Part shown: positions 40,263-48,986 of the stretch, in pieces
Position numbering within the stretch: the stretch's first letter is position 1
Layout of the letters: each line of letters starts with the position of its first letter
Assembly (NCBI GenBank): GCA_965248535.1
Contig: CBDFJR010000005.1
Location: 1,024,001 to 1,088,000, forward strand
Direction: 5' to 3'
DNA length: 64,000 bases
DNA from: Phormidesmis sp.
GTDB taxonomy: Bacteria > Cyanobacteriota > Cyanobacteriia > Leptolyngbyales > Leptolyngbyaceae
Notes under the pieces: model-generated
What the model was told of the DNA's origin: nothing
Database searches by the model: none
The model's input: only the letters and a program-made list of their open reading frames with translations
Position numbers and translations under genes: made by a program

Positions 40263-41495
40263 CTACGGGGTTCCTCTAGGGGGGGTGAACCCCGATCGAT
40301 TTAGCCGTTCTTCGATCTGCCATAGCAAAGCAAAGTCTTCTTCAGGTAGAGTCGCGATCGCCGCTTCTTCTAAAAAGCTAAACGCTTGACGAAACTCTTG
40401 AGGAGTGGCAGAGATCGGGGCCTCTAAATGGCAGGGAACAATCCGTTCAAAGTCCCACGTTGCCACCTGATCTGCCCACGCTAACGTTTGTTTGGGCGAT
40501 CGGTTGAGAATGATTGTTTGCAGAATCGGAGCTACCAACAGTCGTCCGTTTCCTCGCAGAGCCTCAAACGATCGCTGCCAGTCTTCTCGCCATTTGAAGG
40601 GGAACAGTCCAAAATAGGCTTTTTTGGAGCGATCGCAGGCTGTTAGCGCATCGCGTAAGACTGAGCCAAGTCTGAGAGGCTCTAGCGCGCCGGGGCGAAA
40701 ATAAAACGCAAACAAAGCCATGCGCCACCAGCCTTTGCGACGATTAGCTGGCGTGTCTTTGACCTGATCAGACGCAGAATCTTTGGCATGAAACAGCAGT
40801 GGATAGGGGTCAAGCTGCACGATCGCGGATGGATCTTCAGGAACAGAAAGAACTGAATCGGTGACCAAAAGCGTGCCCGATCGTCGATGGAAAAATGCCA
40901 CCTCACCAAACGAACCTGCCCCTAAATCAATGGTGAGAATGGCATAGTCAAAGTCGTGATAGAAGGGCGTTTTGCTGCTATCTTCTGGTAGGGTTTGAGT
41001 GCGCTGACCCGGAAACCCAAGCCAGCTTAACGGCAGATCGATCGGAAAGCTCCACTGATGCGGCGCAACAAAAATCTGGGCATTAGGAAACTGTCTCGCA
41101 AACGGCCCGACAAAGACTTTGTGTTCTAACCCCGATGAAGTTGGCAGAACAATATATCGCACGTCACCGTGGTCTGCCACCAACTCCTTGACCAGTCGAA
41201 TACATTCCAGAGTCGGCGCAACGGGGGCATAGACCAACAATCCTCCTGCTTCGAGTTTGATCACCGTCATCCGAATCGGCACAACGACATAAAAAATGCC
41301 TTGGATCTGGTCAAACGTCCAAATCGTGTCTTTGAGAAGTTCTGTGCGAAGGGTTTGGCGCTGACCGTAGGGATAGAGCGGCACCAGTTGCCAAAACCGC
41401 CACGACCAATCATCAGAACGACTCTTTGAGTGATTGCCTAATTCTGTCTGGTTGGTGACACGCTTCATAACCCGCTCCGCTTTGCCTGATCTCAT
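40263..41495 (-). CDS. DUF4336 family protein (metallo-beta-lactamase-like)
   Basis: VPIRMTVIKL, GLEHK, TLLVTD and IVPCH motifs; start uncertain. Confidence 0.85.
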   Translation of the reverse strand: MRSGKAERVMKRVTNQTELGNHSKSRSDDWSWRFWQLVPLYPYGQRQTLRTELLKDTIWTFDQIQGIFYVVVPIRMTVIKLEAGGLLVYAPVAPTLECIRLVKELVADHGDVRYIVLPTSSGLEHKVFVGPFARQFPNAQIFVAPHQWSFPIDLPLSWLGFPGQRTQTLPEDSSKTPFYHDFDYAILTIDLGAGSFGEVAFFHRRSGTLLVTDSVLSVPEDPSAIVQLDPYPLLFHAKDSASDQVKDTPANRRKGWWRMALFAFYFRPGALEPLRLGSVLRDALTACDRSKKAYFGLFPFKWREDWQRSFEALRGNGRLLVAPILQTIILNRSPKQTLAWADQVATWDFERIVPCHLEAPISATPQEFRQAFSFLEEAAIATLPEEDFALLWQIEERLNRSGFTPPRGTP

Positions 41496-41790
41496 CCTAT
41501 CAATCTCTGTCTCAACCGAGGCTAGCGCCTGCCTGGAATGGAGCAGATCGATACCAGATTAGTACAGATGAACGAGTCGGGGTTTATGAACCGCACGATC
41601 GTTGAGTTTAGCCAAGATTTACGCGCCGTCTCACCGGGTGCAGTGATCTCCTATTCTCGCTATCACAAAGAGACGATGACGAGTCGCAGAGTCTTCCCAG
41701 CGACATCGTTTTTTCCATTGTTTGGTCAGAAATAGATTGTCTGGCACGAATTATGTTCTAACAGATCTGAGGCATCTCAATCTGCCTACA

Positions 41791-42090
41791 TCATGAGGCA
41801 CCAAAGTAGGCCGCGCCTTCTGCTTCAATGCTTGCCTTGCTCTTGCGACCGCCATCACCAGATCTTCGTGCAGCCCTGTTCGCTAGACTAATAGGTATAT
41901 CACACCAAATATCTTGCCCACTCTGACTACTCCAGGGTGAAGAACCGACATAAATGTTCTTGCCAATATCAGTTGCATAATACACTCCCTGGGGAACACG
42001 AGCTTGAGCAGGGAGAAGCTCTGAAAATAAAGTAATCGTAGTTACGATAGCTGTAATTGCAATACCCGACACTGAAATCTTTATTGTCAT
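41791..42090 (-). CDS. Hypothetical secreted protein
   Basis: Signal-peptide-like N-terminus ending PAQA. Confidence 0.55.
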   Translation of the reverse strand: MTIKISVSGIAITAIVTTITLFSELLPAQARVPQGVYYATDIGKNIYVGSSPWSSQSGQDIWCDIPISLANRAARRSGDGGRKSKASIEAEGAAYFGAS

Positions 42091-42222
42091 TAGATTTGTA
42101 CGTTTAGATAGATTGAGCTGAATTTGGCTTTTGCGTATTTGCTTTGTCAGTCGGAGAAAATCGGGGAACAGTTAGATATTCTCACTCCCTATTTTTCAGT
42201 CACGCCTCTAACAAGAATTTAA

Positions 42223-42289
42223 GAGGATGTCTGAGGAGTTAAAAATTATGCCAACCGTCTGACTATCTCATCATTTCTCAGACATCCTT
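42223..42289. mobile_element. 67-bp MITE or deleted IS with terminal inverted repeats
   Basis: GAGGATGTCTGAG...CTCAGACATCCTT, flanked by TAA on both sides. Confidence 0.65.
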
Positions 42290-42354
42290 TAAGGCTACTT
42301 ACGATCGCACCCCAATGATTCATTCTTAACTACACCCCCAGAGATAACTCAGCA

Positions 42355-42441
42355 GGCTAACGTTCGCAATCACCGGACATCGATAACTCCAGCTACCAAC
42401 TAAATAATATCCAAAGTTCCGGTGCATTGCGGTTGTTGCAC
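42355..42441 (-). other. attC-like integron cassette recombination site
   Basis: Minus strand GTGCAAC-aaccg-CAAT(G)CACCGG...CCGGTGATTG-cgaac-GTTAGCC; 87 bp with an extrahelical base. Confidence 0.75.
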
Positions 42442-42457
42442 TGCTGGCAACACACGC

Positions 42458-42751
42458 TTAGCCAGCTTGAGCCTGGACGACTTCACTCAACGCTTCATCG
42501 ATCACGGCATCACTGACACCACGACGCTTGAGGCTAGCAACCAACGCAGTGACCGTCTCGCTTTCAAACCGTTCCAAATCAACCCGCAAACCCTGACCAA
42601 TGTATGCCCGAATCAATGGCTGGTACCCAGAAAACCCTAACAACGGAGCAACCCGTTTCAGATCTTCCACGACATCTTCTGGAATCCGAATCGTCACACT
42701 GGTCATGGGTCGATTGCGATTAAGTCGTTGCTTCAGGGTCTCAACCTTCAT
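42458..42751 (-). CDS. BrnA/CopG-like antitoxin
   Basis: TSVTIRIPEDVVEDLKRVA...GYQPLIRAYI; overlaps the BrnT end. Confidence 0.8.
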   Translation of the reverse strand: MKVETLKQRLNRNRPMTSVTIRIPEDVVEDLKRVAPLLGFSGYQPLIRAYIGQGLRVDLERFESETVTALVASLKRRGVSDAVIDEALSEVVQAQAG

Positions 42752-43034
42752 AGTCTGCTCTCTCCTGGCTAGTTGCTTTGCGTGCTGAAATAATCCGAAT
42801 GCTCTCTGCATCCTGCTCAATGTGAACCACATAAAGCAAGTTCCAGCGAGCATCTAGCCCAATCACAGCGTCTCGCGCTTCATCGTTGCGACTGGCATCG
42901 ACAAGGAAGAATGGATCGAAAAAAGCCTCAGCCGCCTGCTGAAAAGTAACCCCATCATGATTGATCGGATTAATTCGCGCCTTCTCTTCATCCCACGAAA
43001 AAGTAATGCTATTGAGCACAAAATACACGTTCAT
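42741..43034 (-). CDS. brnT: BrnT-family toxin
   Basis: FSWDEEKA..N...H.GVTF..A...F.DP and IRIISARKAT..ER. Confidence 0.9.
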   Translation of the reverse strand: MNVYFVLNSITFSWDEEKARINPINHDGVTFQQAAEAFFDPFFLVDASRNDEARDAVIGLDARWNLLYVVHIEQDAESIRIISARKATSQERADYEG

Positions 43035-43041
43035 AGTGCTC

Positions 43042-43080
43042 ATCATAGAGAAGACGTATGTACAGTGTCAATACGTCTTC
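43042..43080 (-). promoter_or_regulatory. brnTA promoter with overlapping palindromic operator
   Basis: TTGACA-18 bp-TATGAT on the minus strand; inverted repeat GAAGACGTAT/ATACGTCTTC at 43050-43080. Confidence 0.7.
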
Positions 43081-43128
43081 CTGAAATCTAGGCAATGTCA
43101 ATTGATTGGCACGACCTGAAACGAAGCA

Positions 43129-43214
43129 GCACAACGTTCCCAATTAGCGGCGACAGAGATGACTCAACCGAAGCACGGAAACCCTCTTCGTCCGCTGCAT
43201 TGGGGTTGTTATGC
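43129..43214 (-). other. attC-like site
   Basis: Minus strand GCATAAC-aaccc-CAATGCAGCGG...CCGCTAATTG-ggaac-GTTGTGC; 86 bp. Confidence 0.75.
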
Positions 43215-43383
43215 GTTGCTTGACACAACCGATCGCTGCTTCCACTGCTGCAAGCCGTTCCTCTAAAGAAGTGTTAGTTGCCATTCGAGTTTTCCATAAT
43301 TAATCGTTTTTATCTGAAGGATAATGAGTCAGAGAGAGTTTGCCTATCCTTCAGACTTTGTAAAAGTCTGTACAAAAGAGTTG

Positions 43384-43900
43384 TTATGCTGCGCTTTTGC
43401 ATCTCTCAAGCTTTAGTGCGATGCGAGAGAAACAAATTCCCCCAAACCACAAACAGATTGGCAAATGTCCTTTTGGGGCTGAAGTAGCGTAAATCATATT
43501 ATCAAGATTGTAGTTAACTTGCTTCCATCCAACAGCAATCGCAAATTTAGCCCATTCTGTTTCACGTTTCTCTCCGTCAAGTTTTCCACCAACATCTAGG
43601 TAAATGTTTTTCTGAATGCTGAAACCAAAAAGACCATTGCTGTACTTCACCCACAGTTGGTCAATCGTAAGAAGATCTGTGCAGGGAATTTGGTCAATAT
43701 CTTGCCTGAATATATTCTCATCCCATTGACCGTCTGCCAACCGCCAAGCATCTGAAGGATCTCGTGACCACAGTTTTAAGAGCAGTTGTCTCATTGTCCT
43801 ATCCGCCTCTGACCAGTTTTGTGCCTTAAGTAAATCTCTCAGCCGCGTGTAATCAATTCCTCTGGCTGAACGTAGATTGCCGCGAGAAAGTTGGCTAACA
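43384..43900 (-). pseudogene. GUN4-domain fragment with no start codon
   Basis: In-frame upstream extension LRSARGIDYTRLRDLLKAQNWSEAD, then IPCTDLLTIDQLWVKYSNG.FGFSIQK and APKGHLP. Confidence 0.75.
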
Positions 43901-43984
43901 GTAGCTTTTAATCATCCGCTGCAAGGAGTTTATTATACGGCGGTAGGACATCCTAAGTCGTAAGTTCAAAATAACATTGAGAAC

Positions 43985-44767
43985 CTACTTTGCCAACTCT
44001 TGAGCAATTGTTGTGCGCCAGTAATTCAGCTTATTTGAATCGGTTGGGGAGTGTCCTATCAACTTTTTCCACGCACCACTAGCAGCGCCGCTCGGATGAA
44101 TAAAATTTAGGTGCTTGATACCTAACTGCAATTGGTCTACAGCACTACCAGCTACTTTTCCCCAAGTTACCACAGCAACTGGTTGCACCACAGCTAATTC
44201 TGGTTTGATAAGTTGTAGAAATTTCTGCCGATCGGCATCTGGCAGTTTAATTCCAACATAACGCTGTTCTGGATTACAAACCCATATCTTCAGTAAGTCT
44301 GTTAGGTAAACTCGATATCCTAATTCGAGAAGCACCTGAACCATTTCAAAATATAGTTTTGTACGCCTCAACTCTTCACGAGAGCCTTTGTGGTGTAAAC
44401 CATAAGGTATACCAACTACTAATTGTTCATGGTCGCTGTCATTTTTGGAGTCCTGACCAATAATAGCAATTGTCGGTTTGTCATTTCGTCCATCGTCCAA
44501 TTCCATGAGACTCGGCAAATCCACAGCAATGACAGGAGATTCTTGGTAGATGGATCGAAAAACATCATTTGTGGACTCAAAAAAGCCCCGGCGTGTAAAA
44601 TGCAAAGGCCAACCTGGTTGATCAAAAGTAGTACCAATATCTTGGTACAGCTTCTCTAACTCTTCTATAGTTGTATCAAACACTGAACATAATAATTCAC
44701 AAAGCTGTTCAAATTCTTGAGCTTTGAATTTAGAGAATAAAAGACGTGTTGAAGTTACCATACACAC
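43985..44767 (-). CDS. Uracil-DNA glycosylase superfamily-like protein
   Basis: IIGQD motif A, YLTD..K, VVTWGK.A and HPS motif B. Confidence 0.65.
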   Translation of the reverse strand: MCMVTSTRLLFSKFKAQEFEQLCELLCSVFDTTIEELEKLYQDIGTTFDQPGWPLHFTRRGFFESTNDVFRSIYQESPVIAVDLPSLMELDDGRNDKPTIAIIGQDSKNDSDHEQLVVGIPYGLHHKGSREELRRTKLYFEMVQVLLELGYRVYLTDLLKIWVCNPEQRYVGIKLPDADRQKFLQLIKPELAVVQPVAVVTWGKVAGSAVDQLQLGIKHLNFIHPSGAASGAWKKLIGHSPTDSNKLNYWRTTIAQELAK

Positions 44768-45505
44768 TAATTAAGCTCAAAATCATCCCTGTTGAGATTT
44801 TCACAGTCCTCAACTCAAGGTCAAAACGAATAGCGGCTGATCTCGTGCCTCACAGACAATTTTAGAACATTGCCTAAATAGAGGACATACAGCCGTGTAA
44901 CTACTATTTCTGCCGTTTGAACTCCTATCAAACAGGATAAATACTCCTCTCAAGGAAATTATGCCGTATGGAAACCGGATAACGCCCATTATTTTAGGAA
45001 TTATACTGAATCTCCACAGGATAACTCTCCACTTTTGGATACTTATACGGAATGGCGCTCAGACTTCTCGATTCTAAGGGAGCCGCGAGTAAATTGTCTC
45101 GTCCCGATGAATCAGTTATGGCGCTGAGTCGATCGCATCCCTGCCGTTGCTCGACTGGAACATAAATCAGGGAGAAGTTACGATCGCCCCCCTCTCTTTC
45201 CCCAAAACCCGATCGCCCCTCCTCCCCCAAAAAAATCACCATTCCAAAAAACAAAAAACTCTAGTACAATACACCGCAGTGATGGAGTTGTGCCCCGAAG
45301 CCTGATTTCTCAGATCAGACTCCGAGGTCTTCCATCCCTAGTTAACACGACTAACTCAGGAGGCGTTCATGATTGTACACCGTCGGCTTTGCTATGGGAT
45401 CTTGAAAGGCTGGAATCAAGATCCTGCATACAGGTTTTCCCCCAACCCAATGTCTGAGAGATCCGTGTTTTTGTCCTCTTTAACTTAACTAAGAGGACAA
45501 AAACT

Positions 45506-45877
45506 ATGGCAGTTAGGACGATCGTGCCTAGCTCGATTTCGTTCACCATTGAGTTGCGATGCTCAATCGAAAAGCGATATCGAGTCAGTGTGACGTTAGA
45601 TTTACAAGAGCGTTATCTCTTTGTACCGTCTGGCATTCTCGTGAATGTTAGCGACAGCATTGAAGAGTTTGTCTCAGAACTGAGTGAAATCGCGTCTAAT
45701 CAACTGGCATTTCTGAAATGGGATGGCACGAGTGATTTGACCACAGAGTATCAAGTTGTTCGAGTGTTGCCCGGTTATCAGGTTGAACGTTCTTTAGTGA
45801 AATTCAACATTGTTCTGGGTAGTGGTTCACTGATTCAAGTAGAGGAGTTGCACAACAAAACGACGATTCAACTATAA
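45506..45877 (+). CDS. Hypothetical protein
   Basis: 123-aa ORF with GAGG SD; no family recognised. Confidence 0.55.
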   Translation: MAVRTIVPSSISFTIELRCSIEKRYRVSVTLDLQERYLFVPSGILVNVSDSIEEFVSELSEIASNQLAFLKWDGTSDLTTEYQVVRVLPGYQVERSLVKFNIVLGSGSLIQVEELHNKTTIQL

Positions 45878-45926
45878 GAAGTTGGGCATTAGGGAACTGT
45901 GAAGCAATCCTTGAATAGTCTTCAAG

Positions 45927-47645
45927 TCAAACAGGCTGAGAGGGTTGTTTCGCAGGTTCAGTTGCTCTCCCAGTTCGAGCAATCCATTTAGTGGCGATCG
46001 GCATTCTCCACCCAGTACCAAACGCCCGATCGGTAATCTTCAATCCCGGTGGTGCCTGACGACGCTTGAATTCCGCGATCGTTACGAGTTTAACCACGCG
46101 ATCGACAACAACTTGTTCATGTCCGGCAGAAACAATAGTGGTGATTGACTGATGTTGATGAACCAAGCGATCGAGAATATCATCTAAGATCTCATAGTCT
46201 GGCAGTGAGTCTTGATCAACTTGTCCCGGCTTTAGCTCGGCGCTCGGTGCCTTGACAACAATGTTGGTAGGAATGATGTGAGAACCCAGCCACTTGCAGA
46301 TCGAGTAGACGCGGGTTTTAGGCACATCGGCGATCGCCGCAAGTCCGCCGTTCATGTCACCATAGAGCGTGCAGTATCCGACTGCCATCTCGGATTTGTT
46401 GCCTGTAGAGACCAACAAATAGCCAAATTTGTTAGAGATTGCCATCAGCAGAGTGCCTCGAATTCGAGACTGAAGATTCTCTTCGGCAACGCCAAACTCT
46501 GTTCCCGTGAACAATGGATCTAGAGCTTGATCGTAGCTTTGCATGAGAGGTGCGATCGCCAAGGTCTGAGTTTTAATCCCAATATTGTTGGCAAGTTCTA
46601 ACGCATCGTGAACGGAATGATCAGAACTGTAGGGCGACGGCATCAGAACACCTAAGACATTCTCAGCACCGAGGGCAGCAGCAGCGATCGCGGCCACCAA
46701 TGCCGAATCAACGCCACCACTCAAGCCCAACACCACTTTAGAAAAGCCACACTTGCGCGCATAGTCTCGCACACCCAACACTAGGGCTGACCAGATTTCA
46801 GCGTCGTCACAGTCAGGGGCAGGAGTCACAACACTGGGTAGAAAATCTTTGGTTTTGGGACTGTAGTCAATCGTCACCCAATCTTCTTCAAAAGCACGAG
46901 CGCGACAAACCAGAGTTCCGTAGCGATCGACGACAACACTGTTGCCATCAAAAATTAGATCGTCATTGCCGCCAACTTGATTGACATAGACGATCGGTTG
47001 ATTAAACCGCACGGCTCCATGGTGCAGCATTGCTTCTCGCAGTCGCTGTTTGCCGACGGTGTAAGGAGATGCCGACAGATTGATTGTGAAGTCAACGCCT
47101 TGTTGAGCGAGATCGGCGATCGGGTTCAGCGCATACGTCCGTTTGCCCCAAAATTCTTCGTCGTTCCAGAGGTCTTCGCAAATGGTGACCCCGATCCGAA
47201 CCGACTGACCTAAATGCTCTAGGATGAACTGGTTTGGCTCATTTCCAGGCTCAAAATAGCGGTCTTCGTCAAACACGTCATAGGTAGGCAACAGACGTTT
47301 GTGAAAAATCTGGCAAATCTGCCCTTGTTCTAAAAGAGCGACGCTGTTGAACAAAGGTTTGCCGCCATTTTGCAGCGATCGCGGATTTGGTTCTACGGTT
47401 CCCACTAAGACTGCGACTTCGGGCGGAATTTGTTGGGCCAATGCTAGTAGCGTCTGAGTCATCGCTTCGACAAAACTGGGATCAAGCAACAAATCTCGCG
47501 GCGGATAGCCACACAGCGACAACTCTGGAGTCAACAATAATCTCACGCCTTCTCTCGCGGCTCGTTGGGCAGCTTGCAAGATTCGTTGGGCATTTCCGGC
47601 TAGATCCCCGATCGTGGGGTTGAGTTGAGCGATCGCAATTTTCAT
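45927..47645 (-). CDS. nadE: Glutamine-dependent NAD+ synthetase
   Basis: Nitrilase domain (PEL, ICED) plus GLSGGVDS, TGNKSE, PSAEL and EFKRRQ. Confidence 0.97.
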   Translation of the reverse strand: MKIAIAQLNPTIGDLAGNAQRILQAAQRAAREGVRLLLTPELSLCGYPPRDLLLDPSFVEAMTQTLLALAQQIPPEVAVLVGTVEPNPRSLQNGGKPLFNSVALLEQGQICQIFHKRLLPTYDVFDEDRYFEPGNEPNQFILEHLGQSVRIGVTICEDLWNDEEFWGKRTYALNPIADLAQQGVDFTINLSASPYTVGKQRLREAMLHHGAVRFNQPIVYVNQVGGNDDLIFDGNSVVVDRYGTLVCRARAFEEDWVTIDYSPKTKDFLPSVVTPAPDCDDAEIWSALVLGVRDYARKCGFSKVVLGLSGGVDSALVAAIAAAALGAENVLGVLMPSPYSSDHSVHDALELANNIGIKTQTLAIAPLMQSYDQALDPLFTGTEFGVAEENLQSRIRGTLLMAISNKFGYLLVSTGNKSEMAVGYCTLYGDMNGGLAAIADVPKTRVYSICKWLGSHIIPTNIVVKAPSAELKPGQVDQDSLPDYEILDDILDRLVHQHQSITTIVSAGHEQVVVDRVVKLVTIAEFKRRQAPPGLKITDRAFGTGWRMPIATKWIARTGRATEPAKQPSQPV

Positions 47646-48385
47646 ATAAATACCAAAGGTTTATCTTTTAAGGGCGCAAAGGCTTCGGCATCAAATCGAT
47701 AGAGACTTGCCGGACGACCCGCCCCTCGTGAGGCTTTGATGCCCGTGTCTCTGAGAAAACCGAGTTTGAGCAGGCGCGATCGGAAGTTTGAATAATCTGA
47801 GAAATTTTCTCCCAGCACTGTTGTATAAAGTTGAAATAAATCACTGAGCGTGAAGACTTCAGGCAACACATCAAAGGCAACCGGACTATATTCCAGCTTG
47901 TTTTTGAGTCGGCAGTGTCCATACTCTAAAATCGTGTTGTGGTCAAACGCCAACTGCGGCAACTGATCGAGGGGATACCAGGCAATGCCGCTCACGCCAT
48001 CGGCAATCAGTTCGGCTTCGGCATAGCGCACCAGCGCAAAATAGCTGACCGACAGATAGCGCACCCCATAGCTATCATCGGCCTCACGCGGATCGCGATT
48101 TGGGCCACCAAAGGTATAAAGCTGCTCTAGATAAAGATTTCGCGCTCGAATCTTCTCAGACAAAATTCGGTAGGCGGCGTTTTCTAACGATTCGCCTTGC
48201 CTGACCAGGGTTCCCGGCAGACTCCACTGTCCCAAAAAGGGGTCTTCTTGGCGCATCACTAGCAGCACCAGCAGGCGATTGAGGGCCGTATCGACCGAGA
48301 AAATTGCGTTATCAACGCCCACTCTAAAATCTGCTAACGCCTCTCCTTCTAATAAGTGGGCAATTTTTCTCTGCGTGCGTGACAT
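47642..48385 (-). CDS. nrtR: NrtR Nudix-related transcriptional regulator
   Basis: Degenerate Nudix box, LEQLYTFG...RDPR, LAFDH, and winged-helix NFR...GRPA.LY. Confidence 0.9.
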   Translation of the reverse strand: MSRTQRKIAHLLEGEALADFRVGVDNAIFSVDTALNRLLVLLVMRQEDPFLGQWSLPGTLVRQGESLENAAYRILSEKIRARNLYLEQLYTFGGPNRDPREADDSYGVRYLSVSYFALVRYAEAELIADGVSGIAWYPLDQLPQLAFDHNTILEYGHCRLKNKLEYSPVAFDVLPEVFTLSDLFQLYTTVLGENFSDYSNFRSRLLKLGFLRDTGIKASRGAGRPASLYRFDAEAFAPLKDKPLVFI

Positions 48386-48945
48386 TTGTACAGTTGCTCC
48401 CGATCGATATAAGCCTGAATCGGAGAAGTCACTCCTTCGGTTTCTCCCTGTTCACGATAGGCGGTAGACGAGACATTTGGGGCATTGAGATCGGCGATCG
48501 TCACATCGACTTCCATCTGCCTCAGCGGGTCTAGCTCTCTGTCTGCAATCGAGTATCCGGGGCGAGGCACCACTAAGAGCTTGACGCGATCGAGCAAGTC
48601 TCTGGCCCGAAACCATTTGGGCAGTTGACCCACCAAGTCAGACCCAACCACCAGCGTTAATTCTGCACCCTGCCAGCGTTCTTGGGCCTGCTCTACGGTG
48701 ATCACGGTGCGAGAGTTGCTCAACTCTGGATAGACTTGAATGTTGGATCGAAGCAAGTTTAAGTCACCAATCAGCAGTCTCAACATGGCGGTGCGATGAT
48801 CTAGCGCCGTTTGGTGAGCCTTAAACGGGTTGTCAGAGGCCCAAACTGCGACTTCATCAAAGTGCTGAGAGAGCCAGCACAAGATGGCGAGATGTCCTCT
48901 GGTGGGTGGGTCGGCGCTGGTGCCAAACAATGCAACTTTTAACAT
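48349..48945 (-). CDS. nadD: Nicotinate-nucleotide adenylyltransferase
   Basis: FGTSADPPTRGH, NPFK, VGSD and SSTAYR motifs. Confidence 0.92.
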   Translation of the reverse strand: MLKVALFGTSADPPTRGHLAILCWLSQHFDEVAVWASDNPFKAHQTALDHRTAMLRLLIGDLNLLRSNIQVYPELSNSRTVITVEQAQERWQGAELTLVVGSDLVGQLPKWFRARDLLDRVKLLVVPRPGYSIADRELDPLRQMEVDVTIADLNAPNVSSTAYREQGETEGVTSPIQAYIDREQLYKCHARREKLPTY

Positions 48946-48986
48946 AGGTTCAAGGAGGTGGAGACTTTTTAATCCAGGACGTTCAC

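Noticed and set aside
41538..41735. 65-aa ORF
   Set aside because: Short, with no motifs and no clear ribosome-binding site; cannot be supported
43893..43899. GTTAGCC as the right end of a complete third attC
   Set aside because: It does not pair with the left half and reads in frame with the GUN4 fragment; more likely a truncated attC fused to coding sequence
45278..45340. Fluoride riboswitch (GTGATGGAGTT start)
   Set aside because: Lacks the expected short P1 closure and the CTGATGACTCC-type 3' element, and the downstream gene is not fluoride-related
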